Shown here piece after piece: positions 1 to 13,458 of a stretch of 64,000 bases of DNA. Position 1 is the first letter of the stretch. Every line of letters begins with the position of its first letter. The stretch comes from Azolla caroliniana. Taxonomy: Eukaryota > Plantae > Polypodiophyta. A model generated the notes under the pieces. It was not told the origin of the DNA and made no database searches. It was given only the letters and a program-made list of their open reading frames with translations. The stretch is taken from contig JBHGNT010000004.1 of NCBI GenBank assembly GCA_043228905.1, positions 25,172,001 to 25,236,000 on the forward strand, in the 5' to 3' direction. Position numbers and translations under genes: made by a program.

Positions 1-101
1 GTAGTTGATTATTGCATCTTTGAATCACTTTAGAGCATGATATTTGCTTAACCAGGTTATTATCTAATAATCCTCTATATCTTGGGCATTATTTTATCCA
101 G

Positions 102-2851
102 TGTAGTATTTCAGCTTTCAAAACTCTGCAGTCTCCTATTAAAAGCAGCAAGAACAGTTGCAGGTGAAGAGGGCTGGGATCCTCTAGTATCAGGTGAAGC
201 TGTCGGAACTTTGATTGAGGTTTGTATTATCCTTCCATTAGCATTTGGTAGTAAGTGTCAAAGTATTTTGCATTTTGATGGAATTTCAATCCTAGCATCT
301 CATCAAGAGTTTAAAGATTCGAATCTTTGTTTGGGAATCTACTTGAATGAACATTAAGCATCCTCAATTATCCAGGGTTTACTCAAAATAAACACCAAGA
401 CATCATGGAATCAGGAATAACCTTCCCTGTCCCTCCTAAAACGTAAATCTTCATGTTTATGATGAAATTGAGGATCAGTATGCAGCCTCCAATTGAGGAT
501 ATCAATCTTGGAGACCAATTTTACACCAGCGTGAATAAAGAATAATGAATATGCACATGTTGATAATACATATGGGTTTTGATTGCTATTCTTCCTTACG
601 GTGCTCATTCAGGTGGACAGAATCATTCCCGAATCCCTATCTTCTCTATCTGGACCAATCATTTTGCTTGTTAAAGAGGCCGATGGTGATGAAGAGGTAA
701 ATTATGTTATCTAGGAAGCTTAACATAATTTTCTTGCACCCTCTTTGCATTTCTTTCACAAATGGGACAAAAGTAAAGAAAATTTTATTTGCAGGTCAAA
801 GCTTCCGGGGAGAATGTTCAAGGAGTCATTCTTCTACAGGAGCTTCCCCATCTCTCGCATTTAGGTGTACGTGCAAGACAGGTATATTGTTGAAAAATGA
901 ATGTGGTGTCTATGTGGAATAAACTTAAATTATTTTCGTACTTTTCATATGTTTTGCTCCTCCCTCCATTGAATTCTCATGAAGACGATTTGCTTAATCC
1001 TCTTCCTGGTGATACCTTCCCTATATGTAATCAACTTGAATGATGGCTAATTTTTCATGTGAATTATTCAATTATGTATGTATATACAGTTTTACCATGT
1101 TTTGTGGCTTTAAATATAACTTTTTCACAGGAAAAGGTAGTTTTTGTAACATGTGAGGACGAAGATAAGATAGCGAACCTTCGAAGTCTAATTGGTAAAA
1201 ACATCAGGTACAGTTCCTATTATGATGTATGTAAATCCGTTGTATAAGAGAGCATATATGTTGCTGTATTCCTGATCAATATGTAGCTGCATAATAAACG
1301 CTGACATTTGTGGCCAGGCTTGAAGTTAGTACAGATTCCGTTGTTGTTTCCTCACAAGAGCCAAGGGGAGACGATGGTGGTAATGTAGGAGTGAGTAGAG
1401 CACATGAGAAAACTAGTGAGGATGTAGTAACTGCAATAAAACCTGTACAACAAAGAAAGGTAGTGAAATTTTGGTAAACTCTGAGTCTTCATAAAATATG
1501 CTTCATCTCTCTCATCGTTGATGAGTTTGTGTCATCCTCAGGTTGTACCAGCTTTTAATGGATCTGTTCTAGATCTTTCCTATGCTGAAATCCTAACTTG
1601 TGGTGCAAAGGCATATTCATGTGGTCAGCTAGCTCAGCTTTCTCTTCAAGCAAAACATGGTAGCAACTATACCTTTTTACCTACTGTTTTCCAATAGAAG
1701 TTTCGATTATTAGTCTCAGAAAAATAGTATACTCACATGGTTCAAGAGATGTTCCTTCCATGATATAGAGGATGTAGACCCTCCTCTATATCTCATGTGC
1801 ATGTATGTCTATTAAGGAGAATCCCTTGTCTTTAACTTTTCGAGTGTCCTATTAAGGAAAGTCCTGTTCTCTTACATTTAAAAGTTCTGAATAACAATAT
1901 TCATTGACATGAATCTAGAAACATTAAATTAAGAATTCTATTGCAGCATATAATGAACAAGGTGTTCCTGCAGCATTTCATGTTCCAGCAGGCAAAGTGA
2001 TACCATTCGGCGCAATGGAAGCAGCTCTCCAGACAAGTGGAGACAACCTAAAGTTCAATGAGTTACTGGCTAAAGCTGAGTCTGCAGGAGTTAAAGATGG
2101 TGAGCTTGACAATGTGTGTAGACAGCTTCATGACGTGGTGGCATCACAAAGGCTTCCACTGTCATTGGTCAAGGATATATGTGAAAGCATGCCTCTTGAT
2201 GCTCGTCTAATTGTCCGCTCGAGTGCAAACGTAGAAGATCTGGCTGGAATGTCAGGAGCAGGGCTATACGAATCCATACCTAATGTGAAAGCGTCAGATG
2301 TGGATGGTTTTAGCAAGGCAGTGGCACAAGTGTGGGCTTCACTGTATACAAGGAGAGCTATCCTTAGCAGAAGATTCGCCAAAATAGCTCAGGAAGATGC
2401 GTCTATGGCTATTCTCATACAAGAGCTCCTGTCTCCGCAGCTTTCCTTTGTTTTACACACAGTTAGTCCAGTCGATCGAAATGAGAAGATAGTATCAGCG
2501 GAGATTGCATCGGGATTGGGTGAGACGCTCGCCTCTGGTACGCGTGGCACTGCATGGCGCTTAGCTGTCGACAAATTCAACGGTAGTGTGAAAACTTGCA
2601 GCTTTGCTAACTTTAGCGAGGAGATGATTGTCGATGAAGGGGGTGTTGCCAATGGGAATGTGAAGAGACATACCATTGATTATAGTAAAATGGAGCTGTC
2701 CACTAACTCTACATTCAGAGAGAAGCTTGGACAGCAATTGGCAACGATCGGGTTCTTCTTGGAACAGAAGTTAGGTTGTCCTCAAGACGTTGAAGGTTGT
2801 ATTGTGGGGAACAAGGTTTACATTGTACAATCGCGTCCCCAACCTCTATAA
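102..2851 (+). CDS. PWD: Phosphoglucan, water dikinase (PWD/GWD3), 3' part; exons ~102-219, 613-696, 795-881, 1131-1207, 1318-1459, 1542-1659, 1947-2851 (5' exons outside window)
   Basis: GT-AG exons join in frame. They give the phosphohistidine motif [18 protein letters not shown], then CGAKA, and the PPDK-type nucleotide-binding domain ([27 protein letters not shown]; [12 protein letters not shown]; PQDVEG; VQSRPQPL*), all typical of PWD. Confidence 0.95.
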
Positions 2852-4682
2852 TGCAACTTTTTCATTTATTTATATGTTTTCTACACATAATTATGGTGAC
2901 AGGTATGTCCCTGGTCAATCATTTATCAAGTATGGGCTTCCCAATATTTTTAAAAATGTATTTTTTTAACTCTCTAAATCGGTATTTTTGGAAAGATCCA
3001 TTTCTCGTATGTGGCTTCTGTTATGCATTGAGAAGGCATTGAAGAGGTAATCATTGAGAATGTTCCTATTTTTATGTTTATTATGTCCATGTAATGTTCA
3101 TGGCTCATAGATAATGCACCCAAGCATATGTGTGTGCTTGAAAAAATATGGAGAATACTTGGTCATGATGTGCTTGGTTATCGTAGATGGAATGCTTGTG
3201 CTATGTAACAAATGGGCCAAACAGGATGGTGAACCACAAACACAAATCAACTACATGACCATCAAAGCCAATCGCCATGTTATTTGGCACCCAACAAAGT
3301 ATATCGTACACTTGATCGCCTTTAAGAAAATCCATGCATGCTTCTACTTCCAAGTTAAGAGACAAGATACCATCCATGCATGCTTCTACTTCTTGCACTT
3401 GGATGACATCACATTGAAATGGAATTATAGTATGTCATAAGAATGGAAACAATGAACCTTACGATTTGTTTTAACTTTGCTCTTAAACTAAGAAGCACGA
3501 TATATTTGGAAGTGGTTTTTGTCATGAGAGATGAGTTTTGACATTTTGAACTTACTAACCTTTGGGATGTTTTGATGTACAATATTCAGATTTGACAAAA
3601 GCTTTGGGTATACTTTGTATAATTTCTTGGAAAATAGTTAGAAAATCTGAAAAGATATATAAATAATAAAAGATAAACAAATCTGAATTGTAACCTCAAA
3701 TGACCTTGTAAGGAAAGCATGATAGATAAAAATACCTTTTAGATTCAAGAAAGTAACTGGGATTTATGATGACCATTGACACCTTATGATAAACCAATTC
3801 GTTTAAAAGTGCTTGAGAGGTGCATAGAGAGTGTTTATCAAAGCTCATTTCTGAGGAAGTTATGTTGTTTTCTTTCAAGAGTTAATGGGTGCAAATTGCA
3901 ATATACTTCAAAATGCACACATGTGAAAAAAGAAATGCTTTTGGAATAGGTTGGAATAAGGAAAAACACCCGAGTTTTGCTACAATACAAGAGTAAAAAC
4001 TTCCGATGTCCATTTATTTTCATTGCATGCATAATGTAATGTCTCGACTCTCCATGTCTCGTGAACCTACATTTCTAGTATTGAATGACAAGCAATACCC
4101 CCATCTAGTAGTGTAGATAACTAGGCTGATCCAAAGTTCAATGCCTCGAGGTGTTGTAGTTCTTCTTCCACCAATGATTGACTATGTGGCCAAAAAAGTT
4201 CAATTGAGAAATTCAACTCAAATTTTTTGATCATAGAATATGACAATATTTAACAAGCATAGTGTTGACGTCAAGGTAGATACCCCCATGACTCATCGAA
4301 TCGTCCCTCCATACCTAGATGACTGGATTGAATCATTCACACACACGTGTGCACACACCCACACAAATTCACACCCCCTTTTTATAATAGTAATCATACA
4401 TACAACTAAATATTATTATTTATTAATTAGTTAATTAGAACGTGATTGTAAATATAATAAAAAATCTACTTGTCTTCAGCTCATACATGTTTGTTTTATG
4501 TTTGAAACACCTATGAATATGGAATAAATGTGTGCATCATAACTTGATCACGTTTAGTAACCGTGCTAAACAAGTAAGGTTGGCTTTTGTAGGATGGGCA
4601 TCCATAGTTCAAATTTTGACTCTTGCAAATAAAAACAAACTCTTCTTACACATTTTTTATAATGAAAACGTAGCAACATATA

Positions 4683-5139
4683 TCTATACTATTATAGGCG
4701 AAATCAAAAACTCAAAATTAAAAGCATCATTATATTTGGGTCAAACTTGACAGGTCCTAACCATAAGCAAATAGTTATGTCTTAAATTGATGTCACTTAT
4801 AACCTCACTATTAATGAACATTCTCGTCATTTTTATTTGAATCCTCTCATTTCCCGCAAAGCAAAACACAAGAGATAATCCAAAGAGAGATACTACCGAA
4901 CGTCCATGAAGTTGCAAACCTTCTTAAGGGGGGGAAAAAAAATACATTTTCTTTCCTTTTTTCTCTCTTGTTTCCAACATCCATACAACCATTTCCCCGA
5001 TATTTAATGATGTGTACATTTCCCTTTCTTCCTTGACTCTATAATGATCCCAATCTTGTTCATTAAACATTTTCTCTCAAAAATCATTGAAAGACAAAGA
5101 TTGATGGCGTCTATCTTTTATTAGTGTCTCTTTCCTTCT

Positions 5140-5198
<59 letters not shown>

Positions 5199-6961
5199 CA
5201 TCTCGATTCTTCAGGGGGCACACGCATGTGTCGCCTTGTTTTTATCTTGAAAGTACAGTTTCGAAAAGTTCATCATATGTATTACCTAAAGTCTCCATTA
5301 ACTATTTCACCTTTTACAACAAACCAACAAAGTGGCAAAGCTTTTTTCCGTAAGTTTTGCAATTTCAATTTGTCAAACCTATCTCAGCATTTACACCCAC
5401 CCCACCCCCTCTTCTACCTTAAAGTGAAGATGGTGAAGTTATCAACTCCCAAAACTTACTCTATCAAGGATTTTGGAGATGTATGAGGATCTAAACCAAG
5501 TAAACATGCTTGAATCTTGATTGACATTGTTCACTTTTATTATTAGTGGAAAATGAAACATTAATATACAACTTTTTCAAAAGCTAATTTCCAACACCTT
5601 GGGAATGGGAAATTTTGAATTGATTTGAATGCTTGAAGGACTTTGCTACGCCGCATGCCTTATCCTTTAATGTCTTTTAATGATCATATAAAATGTGTTT
5701 GTACACCAACATATCACCCTAAATCCGTGACTTCATTATGTTCTTCTACTAAAAAAAGCATTGATAGGTCTAATAGAATTGATGTATATGCTCATCTTCA
5801 AGACTCAAGTTCACTTTTCTTTTTTGTAAGGCGACAAAATATTCACCCTCCTTGAAAGAATGACTTCCATTTCTTTTGATGTGAGATTAAGTGCTCAGAT
5901 TTCATCAAAAAACAACTACGCTTTAATTTTGTTACATGTTAGTAGAAAATAACCTATAACATAGTTATCGAGCACTGAAAGTACTACCTCCGCTAAGATA
6001 TCAATACTTTTCATTAATACTTTTTCTTATGAAGATTCTCGTTACATAACTCAAAACATGCAAATAGCTTCACATGATTGTTTCTTAAAGACCACAAATG
6101 TTGTAAGTAAAAACATACAAGGTTATGAATCAATGCATTAGACATAAGTTTCCTCATTTTATGTTAAATGCGTTTTGAAATAAATGTTTGTGTGTATGGT
6201 ATACACATAACATCAAACAATACATATATTGATTGATTGATTGATATCGTTAATATTGAGGATCCCCTTCTTGTGTCAAAGGACAAGTTCCAAGGTAAAC
6301 TTTCATTCACATAATTCTAAAAAAATAACTATCCCAACAAGGATAAAACCCGGGGCATCACAACCTTCAAAAATAAACAATGACTGATACTATTGTAATA
6401 GTTGTATTGTCTAGTCGTAACTTTGATATTAAAGGTGAAAGGACACCATAAAAATATCAGATGGCAAGGTAATTTTGTTACTTTGGGCGATATACTGTTT
6501 GCATTTGAGTTTATTGATAATGGGATATATAAAATTGTACGTCGAGCTTTGGGTTTCATATTTCTAAACATTGTTGGTGTGATAATGACTTTATGGATAT
6601 TTGTAAAACAACATGATTTCGTGCCAATGTAAGGAAGTTAATTGATAAGACATCAAATCATAACCCGATGTCCTACGTCTCCAACTATTTTTTGCCACAA
6701 ACCTTTTTACCATCCCCTAACTAAGCTGCATTTTGAAAAGTTATTGTAAAGCCTGAATTTCATGATGGAGTATTTTAAAATTTTGGTATTTTCGGGTTGT
6801 CAAGTGTTTGTTTGCTTCATTTGTTTCATTATGATTAGCTAAGCCCTCTCTTCTTTCTTCTTTAGCCGCACTATTTTGATTGTCAATTTATAATTCATGA
6901 ATTCATTAAAAAAACTACTACGTGCACCTTGTTTGTGCTTTGCACGTAATATGGCGTCTAT
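4683..6961 (+). mobile_element. Possible non-autonomous Helitron-like element
   Basis: Starts A|TCTATACTATTATA (Helitron-like 5' end). Ends with a short hairpin (CGTGCA...GTGCTTTGCACG, 6921-6946) ~11 nt before CTAT, a one-mismatch CTRR. No RepHel coding sequence recognised. Confidence 0.3.
5144..5193. repeat. (CT)n microsatellite
   Basis: Directly visible ~25 CT units. Confidence 0.95.
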
Positions 6962-8038
6962 GTCAAATACAGATGGCATGATAAAGAGGACATTTGAAAG
7001 AAATAAGTAATTTTGTAAGGTTCATCTGCGAATATTGAAGGATGAGTTTTCGGTATCACATAAGAAACACTTGATGTTTGCATCATTCTACAATCTAAAA
7101 TATGAAGTGAACACATACATCGTGCATCAGCCAAGAGCATGTCCCTATGAAAGACAAATGGTATGTGGCTAAGTGCATGGTTGCACGAAAAGGAAATAGG
7201 TTTTGATTCTCTGGCAACTATATATACCTAGATGAGAAGTAAACCTCGGGTGGAAGTTTTTCGTCCACCGCATTGTTACACCTTTATGTCAACTAGCTTT
7301 AGATCACTGAGAGGCTCCTTTATATTAATCAAGACAACAAATACAATGAGGAGGTTCTCGCAGCTCAACCATAAGAACAGTATTTTGTCCCCAAAAGAGT
7401 TACGGCTTTACGTTAACTAGCCTTAACACGATGGCTGTTGTAAGGTCAATGTGGAGTTATCAATCGACTGCCTTTTTTCATACAATTGGTTTAAACTTTC
7501 CTCACTTCCCGTAGGCAACCTCAATTCCACATTATGTACAGGCTCTCCTCCTTACATACATTTTCATTCGAACATGTATAATTGTAAATTAAATCCTTTA
7601 GTGACAATCAACACGATATACATTGAAAAATCTAACAATTTCTTTCAAGTTCCCGTATGTTAAAGATACAAGGGATTGTATACGCATGACCATATACCTA
7701 CCAAACTGGAGAGAGAGAAATTAAGACATTCAATTAAGAAAGCAAAGAGATTTTAAGCATTAGCATCCATAAATAAGAAGTAACATTAGATTTTGATCAA
7801 CCAACAGAACATCAGACTACGAGAATACTACAAGGGCATATATGCAAATAATCACGAGACTCTTGGAGATATTACCTAATAACAACCTTGGCTTTTGCAT
7901 AACTTGATTACATCAACACCATCATCTTTATAGAAATGCTCCACTTAAAAACTATGAAAGCTGGTGGAAATTTTGATGACTATGAGTCTTTTTATCACTT
8001 GGATTCCAAAGTCGCCCAAAATTGGTCGGGCAAATAGT

Positions 8039-9869
8039 CTACCAATCCTTACGGATATCAAACGTGTGGTTAATCTCCAAATGGATCCGCCCATCGTCAT
8101 CAACTAACTGCGAGACACAAACACTTATTAAGGTATTATTGGATGAGAAGAGAAGATATTAAGGTGCTATGTTTTCTTACCCTGGTTCTTGAAGTATAAC
8201 TTCCTCGAGCAAGAATGCCTGAAGGTGTTATCTCCTCTTCCATCACATACGTATAAGGTTCAGATTGAGGTCCAAATGTTCCCAGCATGATCTTCGTATT
8301 GTCAACTGGAAAAAAGTCCAAAACAAAAATCATTATACAATGTCTTCACATATTAAGTGCAACTGCATCTATAAAACATCCCCAATGAGTCTGATCATAG
8401 CAAAGATAATATTTACAAATAATCAAAATATGAAGCACAAACATGAATAATTTGTTTTGAAATAGCATACCTCTAAATCCATTCTTCCATACAGTATGAA
8501 TATACGTGAGTCCCGACACGATATTGCGGCGCACAGTGAATGTGAACTTGATATTGTAGGCGCTTCCTTCTTTGAGAGTAAAAAGGTGTGATTTGGACTT
8601 TGGCGGAAGAGGAAGAGGGATAATGATGTCTGGCCGCCCATTCGATAAGATGCTTAAACCGAGTACTCGTACCTCCGGCTCTACTCCCTCTGGTAGAGCG
8701 ATTGATCAATTACCACATGGAATAGGCATAGTGTAAATTCCATGGCAATAAATAAAAAACTTTGTTCTTTGTTTCATTTACATGGTAAATTTTAGAAAAA
8801 TAGCACACACATATATATGTTATACCTTCTACTGGATCAAGCACAATGCTACCCAAGAGTTGTTCCTTCCATCTTCGTAAGCTTTCATCATCCTGCATTG
8901 GAAACATCAATTTCTCTCTGCTCTTACTCTAGTGATAAGCAATTAGCCTAGCAACATAAGTTCATGGATTCAAATCCTTACTTTCAGACAACACCATTTT
9001 TTGCTTCTCTTAAACTACATGCCACATCAGTGAACCAAAATAACCACATGGCCATCTCAACTGAGGACTGATTAGCTAAATCCCTCTCACACAGTTACAC
9101 ATGCACCATTCCTTCTCCCTCTCCAGATACACATACAAGCACATATATATGCATGTATGTATCATTACATGTATACATATGACATGATTCACACACACAG
9201 ACATACACATATACATAACCGTCTGGTGTGCATTCAGACACGCAGACATATGTTTACACATATGCATATGAGTACATACATTGCATACACCATTCCTTCT
9301 CCCTCGCCAGATATACATACAATCACATATATATGTATGTATGTATGTAGCATTACATGTATACATATGGCATGATTCACACACACAGACATACACATAT
9401 ACATAAACTTATGGTATGCAATTCAGACACGCAGACCATATGGTTACACATGTGCATATGACTACATACATTGCATACATAGAAAGAGGTCTTGATTAGG
9501 CTCGTTGTGATTACGGAGTTAATGTTAGTGGGTAAATATAATATCAACAGTTCCATACACAGATGAGGACAGAGAGACGGAAAAGAGAGAACTAAATCTC
9601 ACCTTATCTTTCTCTAGCTGATCTCTAAGGGGCACAATGGGGCTCACAACAAACTCTTCTTTTCCATCGATGATTTCTTCTTGTTCCAAATCAGCTACTT
9701 CTTCTCCTTCTGCCACTCCTTCTCCTTCTCCTTCTCTTTCTCCTCTTTCTTCTTCACAAGAGTTGTGTGTTTTGGTATCGGAAGAAGACGACGAAGAGGA
9801 AGACACAGATGAGGAAATCTCAGGAATGTCTCTTCTTCTAGGAGGGGTCCCCATCAATAACACAGACAT
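8039..9869 (-). CDS. RhoGDI: Rho GDP-dissociation inhibitor (RopGDI); exons 9869-9603, 8892-8826, 8689-8471, 8305-8181, 8107-8039
   Basis: Spliced translation gives PLRDQLEKDK|DDESLRRWKEQLLG...EPEVRVLGLSI...FTLKEGS...NIVSGLTYIHTVWKNG...KIMLGTFGPQSEPY...PSGILARGSY...LVDDDG...FDIRKDW*, the canonical plant RhoGDI, with all GT-AG junctions in frame. The start ATG (9869) is the least certain part. Confidence 0.95.
9100..9480. repeat. Two ~185-bp diverged direct repeats rich in (ATAC)/(AC) within RhoGDI intron 1
   Basis: CACCATTCCTTCTCCCTC.CCAGATA...CATTACATGTATACATATG.CATGATTCACACACACAGACATACAC...ATTCAGACACGCAGAC occurs twice (~9104 and ~9288). Confidence 0.85.
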
Positions 9870-10349
9870 AACTTGCCTTACCCTCAAAGAGATTCTACTC
9901 TACTCTGTTCCTTCTCCTCTGTTTTTGGCCTCCTCTGTTTTTCTTCCTTTTCCTTATAAATTTGCTTCTCCTCTGTTTTTTGTTTTCTTTTCTCCTCTCT
10001 CTGTTGTTTCCTTTATCCTCTGTGAGTTGTTTCCAGGAATTCCTTCTGCTATGACAGCCTTGACATACACAGAGAGAGAGAGAGAGAGAGAGATGGAAGA
10101 AGAAGAATGAAGAATGAGGAGGAAAATGAGCTTTTGTTACTTTGAGCTTTTTGTGTTCAAAAATTTCAATTGTTATGAGGATGTAGTAGAAAAAAGAGAG
10201 AGAAGAGAGGGGGAGGGGGGGGGACCTACTTACATACATACTTTGGGAGGCATCATATGAAGGAAGGAAGGCATCTGGCGGAGAACCGCATGAACACCTA
10301 AAGATCATGGGTTCAACTACTTTCCACACTTCGATCGAGTAAACTAGGA

Positions 10350-10765
10350 TGAAAGATGTGTGAAAGTCAAGCCTTCAATCGTAGGGGCCGAATAACCAAC
10401 AAGTGTAAATGTCAAGCCTTCAATCGTAAGGGCTGAAGATCCAACATGTGTCTAATATCAAGCCTTCAATCGTAAGGGTTGAAGACCCAATGTGTGTGAA
10501 ACTCGAGTCTCGAATCGTAAGGGTTGATGATACAATATGTCTGAAAGTCGAGCCTTGAATCGTGAAGGCTGAAGATCCAATATGCTTGAAAGTCAAGCCT
10601 TGATTGCAAAGGTTGAAGATCCCACATCACCAAAAGTCAAACCTTGATCGCAAAGGTTGAAGATCCAACATGACTGAAAGTCAAGCCATGAGTCGTAAAG
10701 GTTGAAGATCTAAGGACCAACATGCGTGAAAGTCAAGTCGTGAATATGAGGATGTCCATCCAACA
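10350..10765. repeat. ~42-bp minisatellite, ~9 degenerate units, upstream of RhoGDI
   Basis: Repeated consensus GAAAGTCAAGCCTT(C/G)AATCGTAAGGGTTGAAGATCCAACATGTGT. Confidence 0.9.
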
Positions 10766-13458
10766 CGTCACTATGAGGTTTTTCCATAGACCCATAATAT
10801 TGCCACCATTGTGCAAGTAGTAAAGACGAGAGGTATGCATCCACCAACCATCGCGCTCTCAGGTTGCTTATTCTTTGGAAAAACTATATGCATATTTTCT
10901 TGAACATGTAATGGCTATGTGGGACACATTAGTTTCAAGAGAAGTTTCGCTACATGGGAACATATGGTTGCACTTTGGTCTATCATTGAGGTTAGTAGAG
11001 CATATAAGAAACATATATATTGAAGTTTTTGGCGAATTTAAGAGACTATACAATAGCCCTAAGGGACGCACTAGTTTCGAGAGTTCACTTCATTAAACCA
11101 TATCTTCTCGCTTCATGCTATCATTGATGAGGCCGTATCAAATGAGAAACATATGTATTCAAGTCCCATTTGTTTCAAGAGACGGTTTTGTACACTTGAA
11201 CATATCTTCATAGTTCATGCTTCATCGAGGACGCTAAAGAATAAGAACCAATAAAGGCATTGAATAGGGTGATGAGAGATTAAATAGAGGTACAATAAGT
11301 GTCCAAATGAATGCATCCACGGCTCATCACACACATAGACTACTTCTTCCACCTCCTTGTATTCAAAGCTATGGTAATGCTCTTTGGCAAATTATTAGAT
11401 ATGAAGGATGGGAAGTAAAGTTTTATTAAACTTTGGAAATCAACATTACCACATAAATAAAAGGGTGTCCTTGTGGCAATGTTTATCATGTACAGTACTT
11501 GTATACTTCGAATAGAAGATCGCCTTGAGAAAAGGAGAAATAATTCATTCTCTTTGTTTGAGGTGCCATGGAATATTTGAAACAAGGATTCACTTGTCAT
11601 GGACTTGTCCATCAACTCAAAGGCAATCTTTGATTCTGGTTTCCAAATACTATTTGGGGAATACCATTGGATTATTTCGTAATCAATTGCAAGAAGATGT
11701 CATTTTATCCATTTGCTTAGGTTTTGGGCAGGCTAGAATACTGCATCCATTCGGCAACTGTCTTAATGTTGGCTTTTGTTTTTGTAAGTCCTTTTGAGAC
11801 AATATCTACTTTTCTAAAATCTATATATACACATTTCACCCTTTTTGAAGCGCTTTTGACCATTAAAAATTTGGTCATTTTCGTGGGGTTTTATCTCACA
11901 TTGAGGTTTCTAATGAGTAATGTATTGCTAACAATAATACATATATAGGAATGATTATGATGGATTTGTATGAATGTTTACAAAGTAGATTCTCGACATT
12001 CATATTTAAACCTTGAAATTCAAAAACCCAATCAAGCAAACCATTTGGTATGTTACTACCATCCAAATGCAAAATGACAAACCATTTGGTAACTTAAAGG
12101 AAAATAACATCAAATCCTTCAAACAAAACTAGACCCATTGGATAGAAGAAGCATACATTTTATATTACATTGAAGAAACAACAAGTTTTGATGAGGAGAA
12201 TTGACAAGACACAGATGTGTGCCAAGAGGAAATTTAGAGTGCCTCCTCAATTAAAGAAAACAATGGTTCTAATCCATATCATTGAAATCTAAGTTGTAGT
12301 TTACTTGTGATTTATTCCGGTCACAATTAGACGAAATTATTGCCCCATCGTTGATGCAATCACCTGAATGAAAGAAGTGTGACTTAGCAAAGGCATTGCT
12401 TGATTTCGAAGGGTTTGTGGAATGTGAAAATGTACACAAATGATATGTCTATGTTGAGTAATGATCAATGGTATGTCCTAATATTTTACTGATTCAAATT
12501 TCATACCACCAAACCTAGGTTCAAATTCAACGAATTTATTCAATACTATTGTAGAATAATACAGTTTGAAAGCATGGCCTTACGTTTTATGTAGAAAACC
12601 GCCATTGATTAAATTCCACTCATTTGGTTAGTTAGTGACTCACAAAGTGTCTCTAAGAGTGTCAAAGGCATAAATTGGTTCAATGATATCTTAGAATGTC
12701 AGGGGTCTAATGTTTTAAAGACTCACATTTTGTTGTCAGATTGGCGTACCGGCCATTTACTAGATAGATGATGTTGTTGCACGGTGTGCAACATTACCAA
12801 TGAAGTTGCACCCGCACCTGACCAAACGATTGGCATGTCTCTTAGAGATTTCCCAATTATACACTCCCAAGATCTATCGATCTCGAGGGAGGCACGAAAG
12901 AGTTTGACAATGGACAGTATTGTGCGAGGTCTGGCGTGTCCATCGGATTGCTTTTTTACCTATAAAAATGTCCAAGTAACCAAGGCTTGGGACAAAAGGC
13001 ATATTAATAATATCTTACTTGCCACATCAAGAAGGAAAGAATTGGCTAAAAAGCAAGCAATGCAATGAATGATTGGCCTCTCAGAAACAGAGAAGCAGTG
13101 AAAAAAAAATCATCAGTTCATTGCTCATCAGCCGATATAATGGTCAGATTAAACAAGCGGTTTCTCTCTTTCCTAATTGGCTTCTAGAGGTTACTAACAT
13201 GCTCTGTAGATTTTGGGTCCATTTGTGAGTGAACCATCTTCCTCTATGTGTATGTTGAGTAAATGCTGTATTTTCTCACATTTCGTTGCATATGATGTGT
13301 TATTGTTCTGTTTTCTTCAGGAAACATAGCCAAGATTAGAACTTGTTTCTTTCTTTCAAGCATTGAAACCTAGAGTCAATCTTTTGCTTACCCTATATAC
13401 ATATGTTGGAGAAGAGTGTTTTCCTTCATTGTCTTTTCAAGCTGGTATTAGCTTAGCA

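Noticed and set aside
9637-10329. 157-aa (+) and 144-aa (-) ORFs near RhoGDI
   Set aside because: Antisense or UTR low-complexity frames of the RhoGDI first exon and GA/CT-rich leader.
10350-10765. Regularly spaced repeats superficially like a CRISPR array
   Set aside because: Units are contiguous and degenerate with no unique spacers, there are no cas genes, and the context is eukaryotic.
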